Assembly (NCBI GenBank): GCA_017619685.1
Contig: JAFZRW010000024.1
Coordinates: 1 to 34,629, forward strand
Direction of reading: 5' to 3'
Origin: Schwartzia sp. (in: firmicutes)
Lineage (GTDB): Bacteria > Bacillota > Negativicutes > Selenomonadales > Selenomonadaceae
DNA: 34,629 bases
The translations under genes were made by a program, and so were the position numbers. Below are positions 25,531 to 34,551 of the stretch, in pieces; position 1 is the stretch's first letter, and each line of letters starts with the position of its first letter. The notes below the pieces were generated by a model. It worked only from the letters and a program-made list of their open reading frames with translations, did no database searches and was not told where the DNA came from.

Positions 25531-26758
25531 GAACGAGGATTTTCGCAAAGATTTCCCGCTTCTGCGCCAGCAAATGAACGGGCGGCCCATCGTCTATCTT
25601 GACAACGGCGCGACGACGCAAAAGCCGGAAAGCATGATTCGCGCGATGTGCGGCTATTACGGCGGCTGCAACGCGAATCCGCATCGGGGAGCCTATGCAC
25701 TCTCCGTCGAGGCCACCGACATATACGAGACGGCCCGCGACCGCGTGCGCCGCTTCATTGGCGCGAAGGAAGCGCGGGAAATCATTTTCACGAAGAACGC
25801 TACCGAGGCGCTGAACCTCGTCGCGTACAGCTACGGCCTTACGAATATCGGCGCGGGTGACGAGATCGTGCTGACCATCGCCGAGCACCATTCAAATCTC
25901 GTGCCGTGGCAGCGCGTGGCGAAAGCGAAAGACGCGACGCTGAAATATATCTATTTGGAAAAGGACGGCAATCTTTCGGAAAAAGACGTCGCGGAAAAGA
26001 TCACGAAAAAGACGAAGCTCGTCGCGATCACGCACGTTTCCAATGTGCTCGGCCTCGTGAATCCCGTGCGCCGAGTCGCCAATCGGGCGCATGAGGCGGG
26101 GGCTGTGGTGGTCGTGGACGGCTCCCAGAGCGTTCCGCATATCGCGGCAGACGTGCAGGCGCTGGGCGCGGACTTCTTCGCTTTTTCCGGCCACAAACTG
26201 CTGGCGCCGATGGGCGTCGGCGTGCTGTATGGACGCGCCGCGCTGCTGGAGGCCATGCCGCCTTTCCTTGCGGGCGGCGACATGATCGAGTACGTGGAAG
26301 AGCAGGAAAGTACCTATGCCGAGCTTCCCGCGAAATTTGAAGCAGGTACGCAAAACGTCGGCGGTGCGGCGGGTCTCACCGCCGCCATCGACTATCTCGA
26401 GAATCTGACCTTCGAGCGAGTCAAGGCCGTCGAGGACGACCTTCTCGCCTATGCGCTGCCGCGTCTTCGCGCGCTGCCGTGGATCGAGCTTTACGGATGC
26501 GACAGCGAGAGAGACAACAAGACCGGCATCATCACGTTCAACGTCAAAGGCGTCCACCCCCACGACGTGTCCACCATTCTCGACAGCGAGGGCGTCGCGA
26601 TACGGGCGGGGCATCACTGCGCCCAGCCGCTCATGAAGTACCTTGGGCAGATCGCGACTTGTCGTGCGAGCTTTTATTTTTACAATACGCGGCAGGACGT
26701 CGACCGCTGGCTCGACGCGTTGGAGAAAGTCAGGGAGGTCATGCGCATTGGGAATTGA
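25523..26758 (+). CDS. sufS: Cysteine desulfurase SufS
   Basis: HHSNLVPWQ, FSGHKLLAPMGVG (PLP Lys), RAGHHCAQP. Confidence 0.95.
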   Translation: MVENEDFRKDFPLLRQQMNGRPIVYLDNGATTQKPESMIRAMCGYYGGCNANPHRGAYALSVEATDIYETARDRVRRFIGAKEAREIIFTKNATEALNLVAYSYGLTNIGAGDEIVLTIAEHHSNLVPWQRVAKAKDATLKYIYLEKDGNLSEKDVAEKITKKTKLVAITHVSNVLGLVNPVRRVANRAHEAGAVVVVDGSQSVPHIAADVQALGADFFAFSGHKLLAPMGVGVLYGRAALLEAMPPFLAGGDMIEYVEEQESTYAELPAKFEAGTQNVGGAAGLTAAIDYLENLTFERVKAVEDDLLAYALPRLRALPWIELYGCDSERDNKTGIITFNVKGVHPHDVSTILDSEGVAIRAGHHCAQPLMKYLGQIATCRASFYFYNTRQDVDRWLDALEKVREVMRIGN

Positions 26759-27182
26759 AGAAATATACACCGAGCTGATCGCCGAGGAAAGCCGGAGCAC
26801 GGAGCACCGACGCCATCTCGACGCGCCCACGGCCGTACTGAAAGGGCGGAATCCGAGCTGCGGCGACGAGATCTCGCTGGAGTTGGCGGTGAAGGACGGC
26901 GTCGTCGCGGATGCGGCGTTCACGGGCGTCGGATGCGCTATCTCGCAGGCATCCACGTCGCTGATGATCGGCCTCGTCAAAGGCCAGCCGGCGGAAAAGG
27001 CGAAAAAACTTGCCGAAACTTTCCTTGCGATGATCAAGGGAGAAATTTCCGAAGACGATCCGGCGCTTGACGAACTCGGCGATGCCGCCGCGCTGCAAGG
27101 CGTATCGAAGCTCCCCGCCCGCGTCAAATGTGCCGCGCTTTCGTGGCATACGTTGGTGGAGGTTTTGGAAGGAAAGAAATAA
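26748..27182 (+). CDS. sufU: Fe-S scaffold/sulfur acceptor SufU
   Basis: NPSCGDE, GCAISQAS, ARVKCAALSW. TTG start has a GGGAGG SD and overlaps the sufS stop. Confidence 0.9.
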   Translation: MGIEEIYTELIAEESRSTEHRRHLDAPTAVLKGRNPSCGDEISLELAVKDGVVADAAFTGVGCAISQASTSLMIGLVKGQPAEKAKKLAETFLAMIKGEISEDDPALDELGDAAALQGVSKLPARVKCAALSWHTLVEVLEGKK

Positions 27183-27191
27183 ATCATGACG

Positions 27192-27218
27192 CTGCAAATC
27201 AAATATAATTTGCAGTTT
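27192..27218 (+). terminator. Weak terminator after sufU
   Basis: CTGCAAAT/ATTTGCAG stem followed by TTT. Confidence 0.45.
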
Positions 27219-27244
27219 ACAAATATAAAACATAGGCATATAAT
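27216..27244 (+). promoter_or_regulatory. Promoter of the ECF S-component gene
   Basis: TTTACA, 17 nt, TATAAT. Confidence 0.5.
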
Positions 27245-27254
27245 AGGAAAAGCC

Positions 27255-27298
27255 GAAAGGAACTTTGTGGAGAAGGCTATTTCCACGAAGTTCCTTTC
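27255..27298 (+). promoter_or_regulatory. 5'-UTR hairpin of unknown function
   Basis: Stems GAAAGGAACTT/AAGTTCCTTTC and GTGGA/TCCAC. No T-run. Confidence 0.35.
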
Positions 27299-27325
27299 TA
27301 CCATTTGCGAAGGGAGATTTTCATC

Positions 27326-27868
27326 ATGTCTAAAACTGAAATTATTGCCGCACCTCGGGTTTCTGCGAAAGAAATCTGCGTGGCCGGCGTCATGGCGGCT
27401 TTCGTCTTTATCGCGACTTTCGTGCCGCAGATCCCGATTCCTCTGGGCTACGCGCATTTAGGCGACGGAGCGATTTTTCTCGCCGTGTTTTTGACGGGGC
27501 GCAGAGCAGGTATTTTTGCCGGAGCCTTTGGCTCGGCGCTGGCCGATTTGGCGGGCGGCTTTCCCGTCTGGATTTTGCCGACGCTTATTATTAAGGCGGT
27601 CATGGCGGAGATTTTCTACCGCGCGGCTCTCGCCGGAAACGACGCGCCCAAGTTTTCCTCGCTGCGAGTCCTCGGCGGCATGGTGCTCGCGTGCCTGTTC
27701 ATGACGGCGGGCTATACGCTGGCAGGCGCGTTCCTTTACGACAGCCTCGCCCTCGGTCTTGCTTCTACGCCGGGCCTGCTCGTAAAAAGCGCGGTCAATA
27801 TTGCTGCGGCGTGTCTTGCAGGCGGCATGCTGAGCCGCGCGCAAGGTATTCATATTGACAAAGTATGA
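27326..27868 (+). CDS. ECF transporter S component (substrate unknown)
   Basis: About 5-6 TM helices, with GYAHLGDGAIFL and GSALADLAGG motifs typical of the ECF_trnsprt family. Confidence 0.75.
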   Translation: MSKTEIIAAPRVSAKEICVAGVMAAFVFIATFVPQIPIPLGYAHLGDGAIFLAVFLTGRRAGIFAGAFGSALADLAGGFPVWILPTLIIKAVMAEIFYRAALAGNDAPKFSSLRVLGGMVLACLFMTAGYTLAGAFLYDSLALGLASTPGLLVKSAVNIAAACLAGGMLSRAQGIHIDKV

Positions 27869-27883
27869 TTCCCGCTATATAAT
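27855..27883 (+). promoter_or_regulatory. Consensus promoter of the YezD-like gene (inside the 3' end of the ECF gene)
   Basis: TTGACA, 17 nt, TATAAT. Confidence 0.5.
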
Positions 27884-27919
27884 ACCTCCAATACAAAAAC
27901 GGCGGGGAGGGAACGGGAT

Positions 27920-28267
27920 ATGGAGAAAAAGCATTCTCTTGCTCCCGGCGAAATTCCCGGCGGAGCGATGGCTTTTATCGCGCGGGGACTGTCGGAGATC
28001 GGCAGTGGTCGGATCGTGCTGACCGCGCAGGATTCGCGGCTCGTCTCCGTGGAGCGGGAGGAACGTATCGGCGGCGACGCGCTTTTCACGGCGGGAACTG
28101 GGAAATCCGGTGCTGCAGGCGACAGGGCGCTCCCAGAGAAAATCCGCCAGTCGTTTCGGGATTTGCCATACGGGCAGGTAATCCTCACGATCAAGGACGG
28201 CGCAGTGAAACAGGTGGAGCGCTTGACGCGCAGCCGTTTCACGGGTCTCGACGGCGAAGGAATATAG
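27920..28267 (+). CDS. Tandem DUF2292 (YezD-like) protein
   Basis: Two copies of the G.I.L.I.DG.V..VER motif (GRIVLTAQDSRLVSVERE and GQVILTIKDGAVKQVERL). Confidence 0.65.
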   Translation: MEKKHSLAPGEIPGGAMAFIARGLSEIGSGRIVLTAQDSRLVSVEREERIGGDALFTAGTGKSGAAGDRALPEKIRQSFRDLPYGQVILTIKDGAVKQVERLTRSRFTGLDGEGI

Positions 28268-28294
28268 TTGCATAGAATTGGCTGACCGTAAAAA

Positions 28295-28335
28295 GAGGCT
28301 TTGAGCAGACGAGAATTCGTCGTGTTCAAAGCCTC
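28295..28335. other. Long hairpin after the YezD-like gene
   Basis: GAGGCTTTGA/TCAAAGCCTC with an inner GACGA/TCGTC stem. The U-run is only on the minus-strand side. Confidence 0.4.
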
Positions 28336-28345
28336 GTTCTGTCCG

Positions 28346-28375
28346 TTGACAAACGGAACGAAAAACGGGTAGAAT
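28346..28375 (+). promoter_or_regulatory. Candidate promoter
   Basis: TTGACA, 18 nt, TAGAAT. Confidence 0.45.
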
Positions 28376-28410
28376 TACTTTTGAAGAAGGACAAGGAAGG
28401 AGGTGTGTTT

Positions 28411-28818
28411 ATGAAAGCAGCGTCCAAACTCTTCGCGTTCTTTGTCCTTGCCGTTCTCTGCTCGGTGATTTCCCCGCAGACGGCGGCGGCAAAACCGCAT
28501 GTCCTGTTCCACACTGAGCACGTCTATATGCATCAGGCCGGAGAAGTGGAAGTCGTTGGCTACTTTGACAACGACGGCGACGAGGGAGCTTACGCCCAAT
28601 GGCTGGAAATGGACCTCTCGCTCATCGCGGACAATGGGCAAGAGATGTGGTCGGATTCCGGCATTCGCCACTATCCCGATGATTCCGTCTGGGTTCCTGA
28701 GGGTTCTTATGTAGCGTACACCTTCTATATCCAGAACCCCGATATTCCCGAATATCATGGGCACTACAGATGGAAGACCAGAAACAACCGCACGCATTGG
28801 TCCAAAGCAGCAGGTTGA
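28411..28818 (+). CDS. Secreted hypothetical protein (135 aa)
   Basis: GGAAGGAGG SD and a signal peptide ending AAA-KP. No recognisable family. Confidence 0.7.
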   Translation: MKAASKLFAFFVLAVLCSVISPQTAAAKPHVLFHTEHVYMHQAGEVEVVGYFDNDGDEGAYAQWLEMDLSLIADNGQEMWSDSGIRHYPDDSVWVPEGSYVAYTFYIQNPDIPEYHGHYRWKTRNNRTHWSKAAG

Positions 28819-28843
28819 ACGGGACGAAATGATTTAATCCCTA

Positions 28844-28872
28844 TTGACAAGCTATGCTTTAACTTGTATAAT
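28844..28872 (+). promoter_or_regulatory. Consensus promoter upstream of the QueG-like gene
   Basis: TTGACA, 17 nt, TATAAT. Confidence 0.55.
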
Positions 28873-28907
28873 ACGCACATCATAGAAAAAGCTGACCGAA
28901 ATAAACG

Positions 28908-28959
28908 GAGGCTTCGGAAAGACGCAGAGGCGTTTTTGTCCGAAGCCTCTTTATTTTTT
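28908..28959 (+). terminator. Strong intrinsic terminator inside the leader of the QueG-like gene
   Basis: 11-bp stem GAGGCTTCGGA/TCCGAAGCCTC followed by TTTATTTTTT. Lies 36 nt after the -10 and 28 nt before the ATG. Confidence 0.7.
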
Positions 28960-28986
28960 GGAGTAGTTGAGATAACGATAAAGAAG

Positions 28987-29829
28987 ATGAGCAATGTGGA
29001 TAGAAAAGAATTGGTCGCCTTGAAGGCGAAGCTGAAACGAAAAGCGAAGACGCTGGACATGAATCTTTTCGGCGTGGCGGACGTGGCGCGCTGGGAAACA
29101 AGGCCGCGCTACGGGGAAAAGACATTGAAGATGGAGCGTAGACCGATCACGCCGAAGGAATACTGGCCGCATACGATCTGGCCCTGGGCGCGGCGCGTGA
29201 TCGTGATGGGCGTGCAGATCTTTCCTTCGATGATCGAGACGACGCCTTCCGTGGTCTATTCGGAGCTTTACAACACCACGAACCGCTTTCTCGACGAGGC
29301 GGCTTATCGCGTAGCGAATGTGCTGAACGAGCAGGGCTTTCGTGCGCATTTCTTCCCGCGGGACTGCTACGGCGATATCTCGGTATTGGTGAAAAAGCCG
29401 GAGGCAGCGTTTTCGCAAGTCTTGGCAGGACTCTATGCGGGACTCGGCACCATCGGCATGAACCATACGCTCCTGACGCCGGAGTACGGCCCGCGAGTGC
29501 GGCTCGTGTCGGTCATCACGGACGCGGAGCTTCCGGCAGACCGTATGATGAAAAAGGAGCTTTGCGTTCATTGCGGCGCCTGCGCCCGCCGTTGCCCGAT
29601 GCAGGCGTTCACGCCGGTCAAGGGGCAGACCGTCGCGCAGATGGACAAGTTCAAATGCGCGGGCTACCACCAGAAGATCAAGAACGAGTTCCGCTATCCC
29701 TGCGGCCTATGCACCGCTGTTTGCCCTGTCGGCGCGGACAAGAAACGCTGGGGCGCGTCGGCGGTCAGTGTGGAAGGAATCGCTCACTGCCAAAATTTCG
29801 GCTCCAAGAATGCCGTGGAAAAACTATGA
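28987..29829 (+). CDS. 4Fe-4S dicluster protein, epoxyqueuosine reductase/reductive dehalogenase-like
   Basis: CVHCGACARRCP and CGLCTAVCPVG ferredoxin motifs. The N-terminal region resembles the QueG/RdhA superfamily. Confidence 0.65.
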   Translation: MSNVDRKELVALKAKLKRKAKTLDMNLFGVADVARWETRPRYGEKTLKMERRPITPKEYWPHTIWPWARRVIVMGVQIFPSMIETTPSVVYSELYNTTNRFLDEAAYRVANVLNEQGFRAHFFPRDCYGDISVLVKKPEAAFSQVLAGLYAGLGTIGMNHTLLTPEYGPRVRLVSVITDAELPADRMMKKELCVHCGACARRCPMQAFTPVKGQTVAQMDKFKCAGYHQKIKNEFRYPCGLCTAVCPVGADKKRWGASAVSVEGIAHCQNFGSKNAVEKL

Positions 29830-29968
29830 TTACAACGTTGCGCCTCATCGGATCTGTTTCCGACGGGGCGCGTTTTTTCTGTTCATTTTTATGGGCGTAT
29901 GATAAAATGCAAGAGGAGTTTTGGACTTTTCGGATAACCAAATTCAAGAAATTTAGGAGGCGGTTCTT

Positions 29969-31552
29969 TTGCTGAAAAAGTTGATTGCGGGCGCGGCGAT
30001 GCTTTCGCTGATGAGCGTCAGCGCCGAAGCTTGCACGGTGATGGTGGTGACGAAGGGCGCGTCTGAAGACGGGAGCGTGATCGTTTCCCACTCGAACGAC
30101 GGCCGCGGCGCGGAGATGAATCTCGTCTTTGTGCCGGCGAAGGACCACCCAAAGGGCAGTATGCGTCCCGTGTACCCTACGGCGGTTGCGCTGGACACGA
30201 TGCCCGAGTATAACGCCTACGATCAGCCAAACCTCGTTGCGCCGGAGCGGAGCGACGAGTACGATTATCCCGGCAAGCCGCACACGAAACCTATCGGCTA
30301 TATCCCGGAGGTCGAGCACACTTACGCTTATATGGACGCAGATTATGGCGTGGCGAATGAGCACGGCCTGATGTTTGGCGAATGTACCGATATGTCCGCG
30401 CATTTGCCTGAAGTTCCGTACAAAGAAGGCGGCGGGATATTTTACGCCAGTGAGCTTTCCCGCGTGGCGCTCGAACGCTGCAAGACAGCCCGCGAGGCCA
30501 TCGCACTCATGGGCAGCCTGATCGACGAATACGGCCTTTGGGGCACGGCCGAGACGTTGGCCGTCGCCGACAAGAACGAGGCTTGGGTCTTTGAGATGCA
30601 GATGGTGCCCGAGGGCCACAAGGGCGGCCTTTGGATCGCGGAGAAGATTCCCGACGGAGACTTTTTCATCGAGGCGAATCAGCTTCGGATTCATGCCATT
30701 CGCGAGGGCGACCCGAACCAGATGTTCAATCCGAAACTGCCGCAGATGCTCAAAGACCTCGGCTGGGCCGAATACGGTGAAGACGGGAATCTGGACTGGA
30801 TGAGATCGCTGCAGTCCAAAGAGTTCCATCATCCGTATTATTCCCTGCGGCGCGTCTGGCGGGCCATGAGCCTCGTCGCGCCGTCGAAAAATCTTCCGCC
30901 CCGTGTCGAGAGCTGGGACTCGAAAACCTATCCGCTGTCGATCACTCCCGACAAAAAGCTGAACGTCGAGGATATTGCGCGCATCCATCGCGACTATTAT
31001 CAGGGCACCGAGTTCGACAAGTCCAAGAGCCCGCTGGCGGGCATGTACGGTTCGCCGTACCATTACGAGATCGAGATGGGCGAGCGTTCCATCCTGTCGT
31101 CGAAGACCAGCTATTCCCATATCTCGCAGGCCAGTGACGCGCTTCCGTCGCCGGTGGTTTGGATGTCGATGGACACGCCCTATGAGAATCCGTTCGTGCC
31201 CTTTGCCGTATCGAAGATGCCCGAGGCGTACCACGCCCTGCGCGACACATACGACCCCACGAAGATGTTCTGGGCTTCCAATCAGGTCATGGCGCTGAAT
31301 CAGGGATATTTCAACATCATGTCTCCTATCGTCAAGGAAGCAGTGGAACAGTCGGAGGAGAACTCCATGCAGGTGGTGAACGCATCCGCCGGTCTCTCGA
31401 AGGAGCAATTCGCCGAGGTATTGCGCGCCAATTCGCTGAAGATCTTCGACGACTGGAAGAAGCTTTCCGTGCGTCTCCTGCAGGCGTTCAAGAGCGACGT
31501 CGGCATCCAGTATCAGCGGCAGCCCCGCCCCGACACGCCGACGGAATACTAA
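29969..31552 (+). CDS. C69-family dipeptidase, secreted
   Basis: Signal peptide then the Ntn nucleophile context AEA-CTVMVVTKGASEDGSVIVSHSNDG. TTG start has an AGGAGG SD. Confidence 0.85.
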   Translation: MLKKLIAGAAMLSLMSVSAEACTVMVVTKGASEDGSVIVSHSNDGRGAEMNLVFVPAKDHPKGSMRPVYPTAVALDTMPEYNAYDQPNLVAPERSDEYDYPGKPHTKPIGYIPEVEHTYAYMDADYGVANEHGLMFGECTDMSAHLPEVPYKEGGGIFYASELSRVALERCKTAREAIALMGSLIDEYGLWGTAETLAVADKNEAWVFEMQMVPEGHKGGLWIAEKIPDGDFFIEANQLRIHAIREGDPNQMFNPKLPQMLKDLGWAEYGEDGNLDWMRSLQSKEFHHPYYSLRRVWRAMSLVAPSKNLPPRVESWDSKTYPLSITPDKKLNVEDIARIHRDYYQGTEFDKSKSPLAGMYGSPYHYEIEMGERSILSSKTSYSHISQASDALPSPVVWMSMDTPYENPFVPFAVSKMPEAYHALRDTYDPTKMFWASNQVMALNQGYFNIMSPIVKEAVEQSEENSMQVVNASAGLSKEQFAEVLRANSLKIFDDWKKLSVRLLQAFKSDVGIQYQRQPRPDTPTEY

Positions 31553-31563
31553 AGAATACAAGG

Positions 31564-31589
31564 AAAGCCCCGTTTTGGGGCTTTTTTTG
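31564..31589 (+). terminator. Intrinsic terminator after the dipeptidase gene
   Basis: AGCCCC-GTTTT-GGGGCT followed by T7. Confidence 0.85.
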
Positions 31590-31698
31590 TTCGGGAAAAA
31601 GGAAAAACGACGTTCATGTCGAAGATTTATAATAGATTTTAGGAAATATGATAAGTAAAAATATTGCATGCTCTCAAAGATTATAAGGGAAAAATGGG

Positions 31699-32823
31699 GT
31701 GATGAGCACGGATAATTCTTTTGAGCATCTTGTCGAAAATACGCGTAACATACATGAAATTGCACACAACCGAGCAAAAAGCGCAATTAACCAATCTCTG
31801 ACCGCCAGAAATTGGGTGCTAGGCTATTATATAGTAGAATATGAACAGAACGGTAACGATCGGGCAAAGTATGGAAGCAAATTGCTGGAAAATCTTTCAT
31901 CTAGACTCTCTATCAAAGGTTTAGATCGTTCCATGCTTAGTTTATGTCGCTTGTTCTATTTGAGATATTCGCAGCTATCTGCTGTTGTCGTTCGCAGATT
32001 TCCTGAAATCGGCGATCTAAAAGCACTTGTATTGCGCAAGCACGAAATCGAAAAGGAAAACTGTCCTGCGAAAATTTGTGATTCAGTGAATCACAAATTT
32101 GAAACCGAGCCGGAAATGTTGATTAGCCGACTTTCATTTACCCATATCCGCGAAATTATGCCCATTGAAGATTCCTTTGAACGATTCTTCTATGAAACGG
32201 AATGTATTAAATGCGGTTGGAGTGTTCGCGAATTGCGGCGTCAAATATCAACGAATCTTTATTTACGGGCGGGTATCAGCAAGAAGCCGGAACTTCTTTT
32301 GCCACAGAGCGAGCCTGCACTGACCCTCAAAGAGCCGTTTACATTTGAGTTCTTAGGGTTGGAAGCGAAAGACGCCGTAGCGGAATCTGATTTGGAGAGA
32401 GCATTGATTCTTCACTTGCAAGATTTTCTGCTTGAACTTGGGAAAGGATTTTGCTTTGAGGCCCGGCAAAAACGTATTATCATCGACGACCGATATTATT
32501 TTCCGGATTTGGTGTTTTACAACCGGTTGTTGCATTGCAATGTGATTATCGAGCTAAAAAACGATGAATTTAAGCATGAATATCTTGGGCAACTAAACGC
32601 CTACGTTGCATACTACAAGGAAAATGAAATGGTTCCCGGCGATAATGCACCTGTGGGAATCCTGCTTTGTACAAAGAAAGGTACGAAGATGGTTGAATAC
32701 GCTCTTTCCGGTATGGACAATCAGCTTTTCGTTTCGACTTATATGCTTCAGCTTCCAAATAAAACACAGTTGGAAGCATTTTTGCAGAAACAAATGCAAG
32801 AGATAGGTTTGCACGGGGAGTGA
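31699..32823 (+). CDS. YhcG/DUF1016-family PDDEXK nuclease
   Basis: N-terminal AINQSLTARNWVLGYYIVEYEQ. C-terminal FEFLGL...ESDLERALILHLQDFLLELGKGFCFEARQKRI...YYFPDLVFYNRLLHCNVIIELK (D...ExK core). AT-rich. Confidence 0.85.
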   Translation: MMSTDNSFEHLVENTRNIHEIAHNRAKSAINQSLTARNWVLGYYIVEYEQNGNDRAKYGSKLLENLSSRLSIKGLDRSMLSLCRLFYLRYSQLSAVVVRRFPEIGDLKALVLRKHEIEKENCPAKICDSVNHKFETEPEMLISRLSFTHIREIMPIEDSFERFFYETECIKCGWSVRELRRQISTNLYLRAGISKKPELLLPQSEPALTLKEPFTFEFLGLEAKDAVAESDLERALILHLQDFLLELGKGFCFEARQKRIIIDDRYYFPDLVFYNRLLHCNVIIELKNDEFKHEYLGQLNAYVAYYKENEMVPGDNAPVGILLCTKKGTKMVEYALSGMDNQLFVSTYMLQLPNKTQLEAFLQKQMQEIGLHGE

Positions 32824-32827
32824 GAAT

Positions 32828-34456
32828 ATGTTTGAAAGATGGCGTTCTTTTACGCTTACAAAGGAAAATTTCTGGGAGACGGTCGAGGCGATCGGCGAGA
32901 CGCTGAAAGCGCTCGGCGTGTCGGAGAAAGAGACGCAAGCCGGCAAAGAGCTTGTGGAGCACATTTTCTCCCTCCAGCTGTCGGTGCGGCCCGAGGTCTG
33001 CGATACGGTAAAGGTTCGCAAGCGTTTCGGCGACATTTCCCTGCGAATGGAGACCGAGGGGAGCGAGTACAATCCGCTGCAGGTCCTGACGGAATGGAAA
33101 GAGAACGATCCGGACTATCAGCGGACCATCGTGCTCAAATCGAGGAAAGAACAACTTTCCTATGCGCACAGCAATGGAAAGAACATCGTGACCATCAAGG
33201 TGCACGAGGCGGGGAACAAGCAGATCCGCTATACGCTGTTCGCGATGGTCATGGGCATCCTGGCGGGCGCGATCCTGAAAGAAGTGATCTCGCCGGATAT
33301 TATCGCGATGATCAATAAGACCGTCATCGGCAGCATACGCACGATGTTCCTGAATTCGCTGAACATGATGATTGCCCCGGTGGTATTCTTCTCCATCATC
33401 TCGGGCCTGACCAGCATCTCGAACGCTTCCGACATCGGGCGCATCGGCGGCAAGCTGGTCGGCGTCTATATGTGTACGACGGTGATTGCCACGTTTTTCA
33501 GCATCGCGATCGGCCTCTTGATGTTCCACGGCGGCGTGCCGCAAATGGGGACGGTCACCGAAGGGAGCGGCGGCGTCAGCATATCGCTCCTGGACATGAT
33601 CGTGAACGTGGTGCCGGAAAACCTGATTCAGCCCATCGTAAACCGGGACATGCTGCAAATCATTTTCGTCTCCATGCTGTTTGGCGTCACGCTGAATATG
33701 CTGGGCGAGAAAACGCAGATGCTGAAGGAGTTCACGGAAACCGCCAATACCTTCTGCCTGCGGGTCATCACGCTCTTGGCGCAGTTTATCCCGCTGATCG
33801 CGTTCCTTTCGATGATGGCGCTGATGTTCACGGTGGGCGCGGACTCGCTGCTGCTGCTCAGTCGGGTACTGGTGGGGCAGTTCATCGGCTCGATGTGTAT
33901 GGTCGGCGTCTATTCAATAGTCATGATCCTCCTGGGGAAGATCTCGCCGGTGCCGTTCCTGAAAAAGATCGGCAGCTTCGTTCCGGTGGCGATCTCGATG
34001 GGAAGCAGCAACGCGGCGATGCCCTTCACCATGAACTTCTGCACGGAGAAGATGGGCGTCTCGCCTCAGTTGTCCTCATTTTCCATTCCGCTGGGCGCGA
34101 CGGTCAATATGGACGGCGGCTGCTTCTATTTCTCGATTCAGGCGATCCTGCTGGCGAAGATGTACGGCGTGGAAATGACGCCGGCATTCGTCTGGGCGCT
34201 CTTCATTACGGTAGTCGCCCTGTCAATCGGCGCGCCGGGCGTGCCGGGCGGTTCTTTCGTCTGCCTGACCTCGATCATCGTTTCCTTTGGCGTTCCCGTG
34301 GAGGCGGCGGCTATCGTGCTGGGCATCGACCCGCTGACGTCCATGTTCCGCACCACTATCAACACGATGGGGGATATCGCCGTGACGACGGCACTGTCGA
34401 AAAACGAGGGCATGATGGACGAAGCGGTCTATATGAATACGTCGTCCGAAGCGTAA
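32828..34456 (+). CDS. Dicarboxylate/amino acid:cation symporter (DAACS) with ~135-aa N-terminal cytoplasmic extension
   Basis: The transporter core starts near residue 140 (NMMIAPVVFFSI, GSSNAAMP, TINTMGD). The N-terminal region has no TM helix. Confidence 0.85.
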   Translation: MFERWRSFTLTKENFWETVEAIGETLKALGVSEKETQAGKELVEHIFSLQLSVRPEVCDTVKVRKRFGDISLRMETEGSEYNPLQVLTEWKENDPDYQRTIVLKSRKEQLSYAHSNGKNIVTIKVHEAGNKQIRYTLFAMVMGILAGAILKEVISPDIIAMINKTVIGSIRTMFLNSLNMMIAPVVFFSIISGLTSISNASDIGRIGGKLVGVYMCTTVIATFFSIAIGLLMFHGGVPQMGTVTEGSGGVSISLLDMIVNVVPENLIQPIVNRDMLQIIFVSMLFGVTLNMLGEKTQMLKEFTETANTFCLRVITLLAQFIPLIAFLSMMALMFTVGADSLLLLSRVLVGQFIGSMCMVGVYSIVMILLGKISPVPFLKKIGSFVPVAISMGSSNAAMPFTMNFCTEKMGVSPQLSSFSIPLGATVNMDGGCFYFSIQAILLAKMYGVEMTPAFVWALFITVVALSIGAPGVPGGSFVCLTSIIVSFGVPVEAAAIVLGIDPLTSMFRTTINTMGDIAVTTALSKNEGMMDEAVYMNTSSEA

Positions 34457-34494
34457 ACTTCCAAAAAGGAGCTGTCGCACAAGCAAAATGATAT

Positions 34495-34543
34495 GCTCCC
34501 CTTATGAGAGACAGTGAAAAACAAAACTGTCATCATGAGGGGA
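34495..34543 (+). promoter_or_regulatory. Hairpin sequestering the SD of the following transposase-like ORF
   Basis: CTCCCCTTATGAGAGACAGT pairs with ACTGTCATCATGAGGGGAG. The right arm contains the GAGGGGAG SD. Confidence 0.4.
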
Positions 34544-34551
34544 GTTTTATT

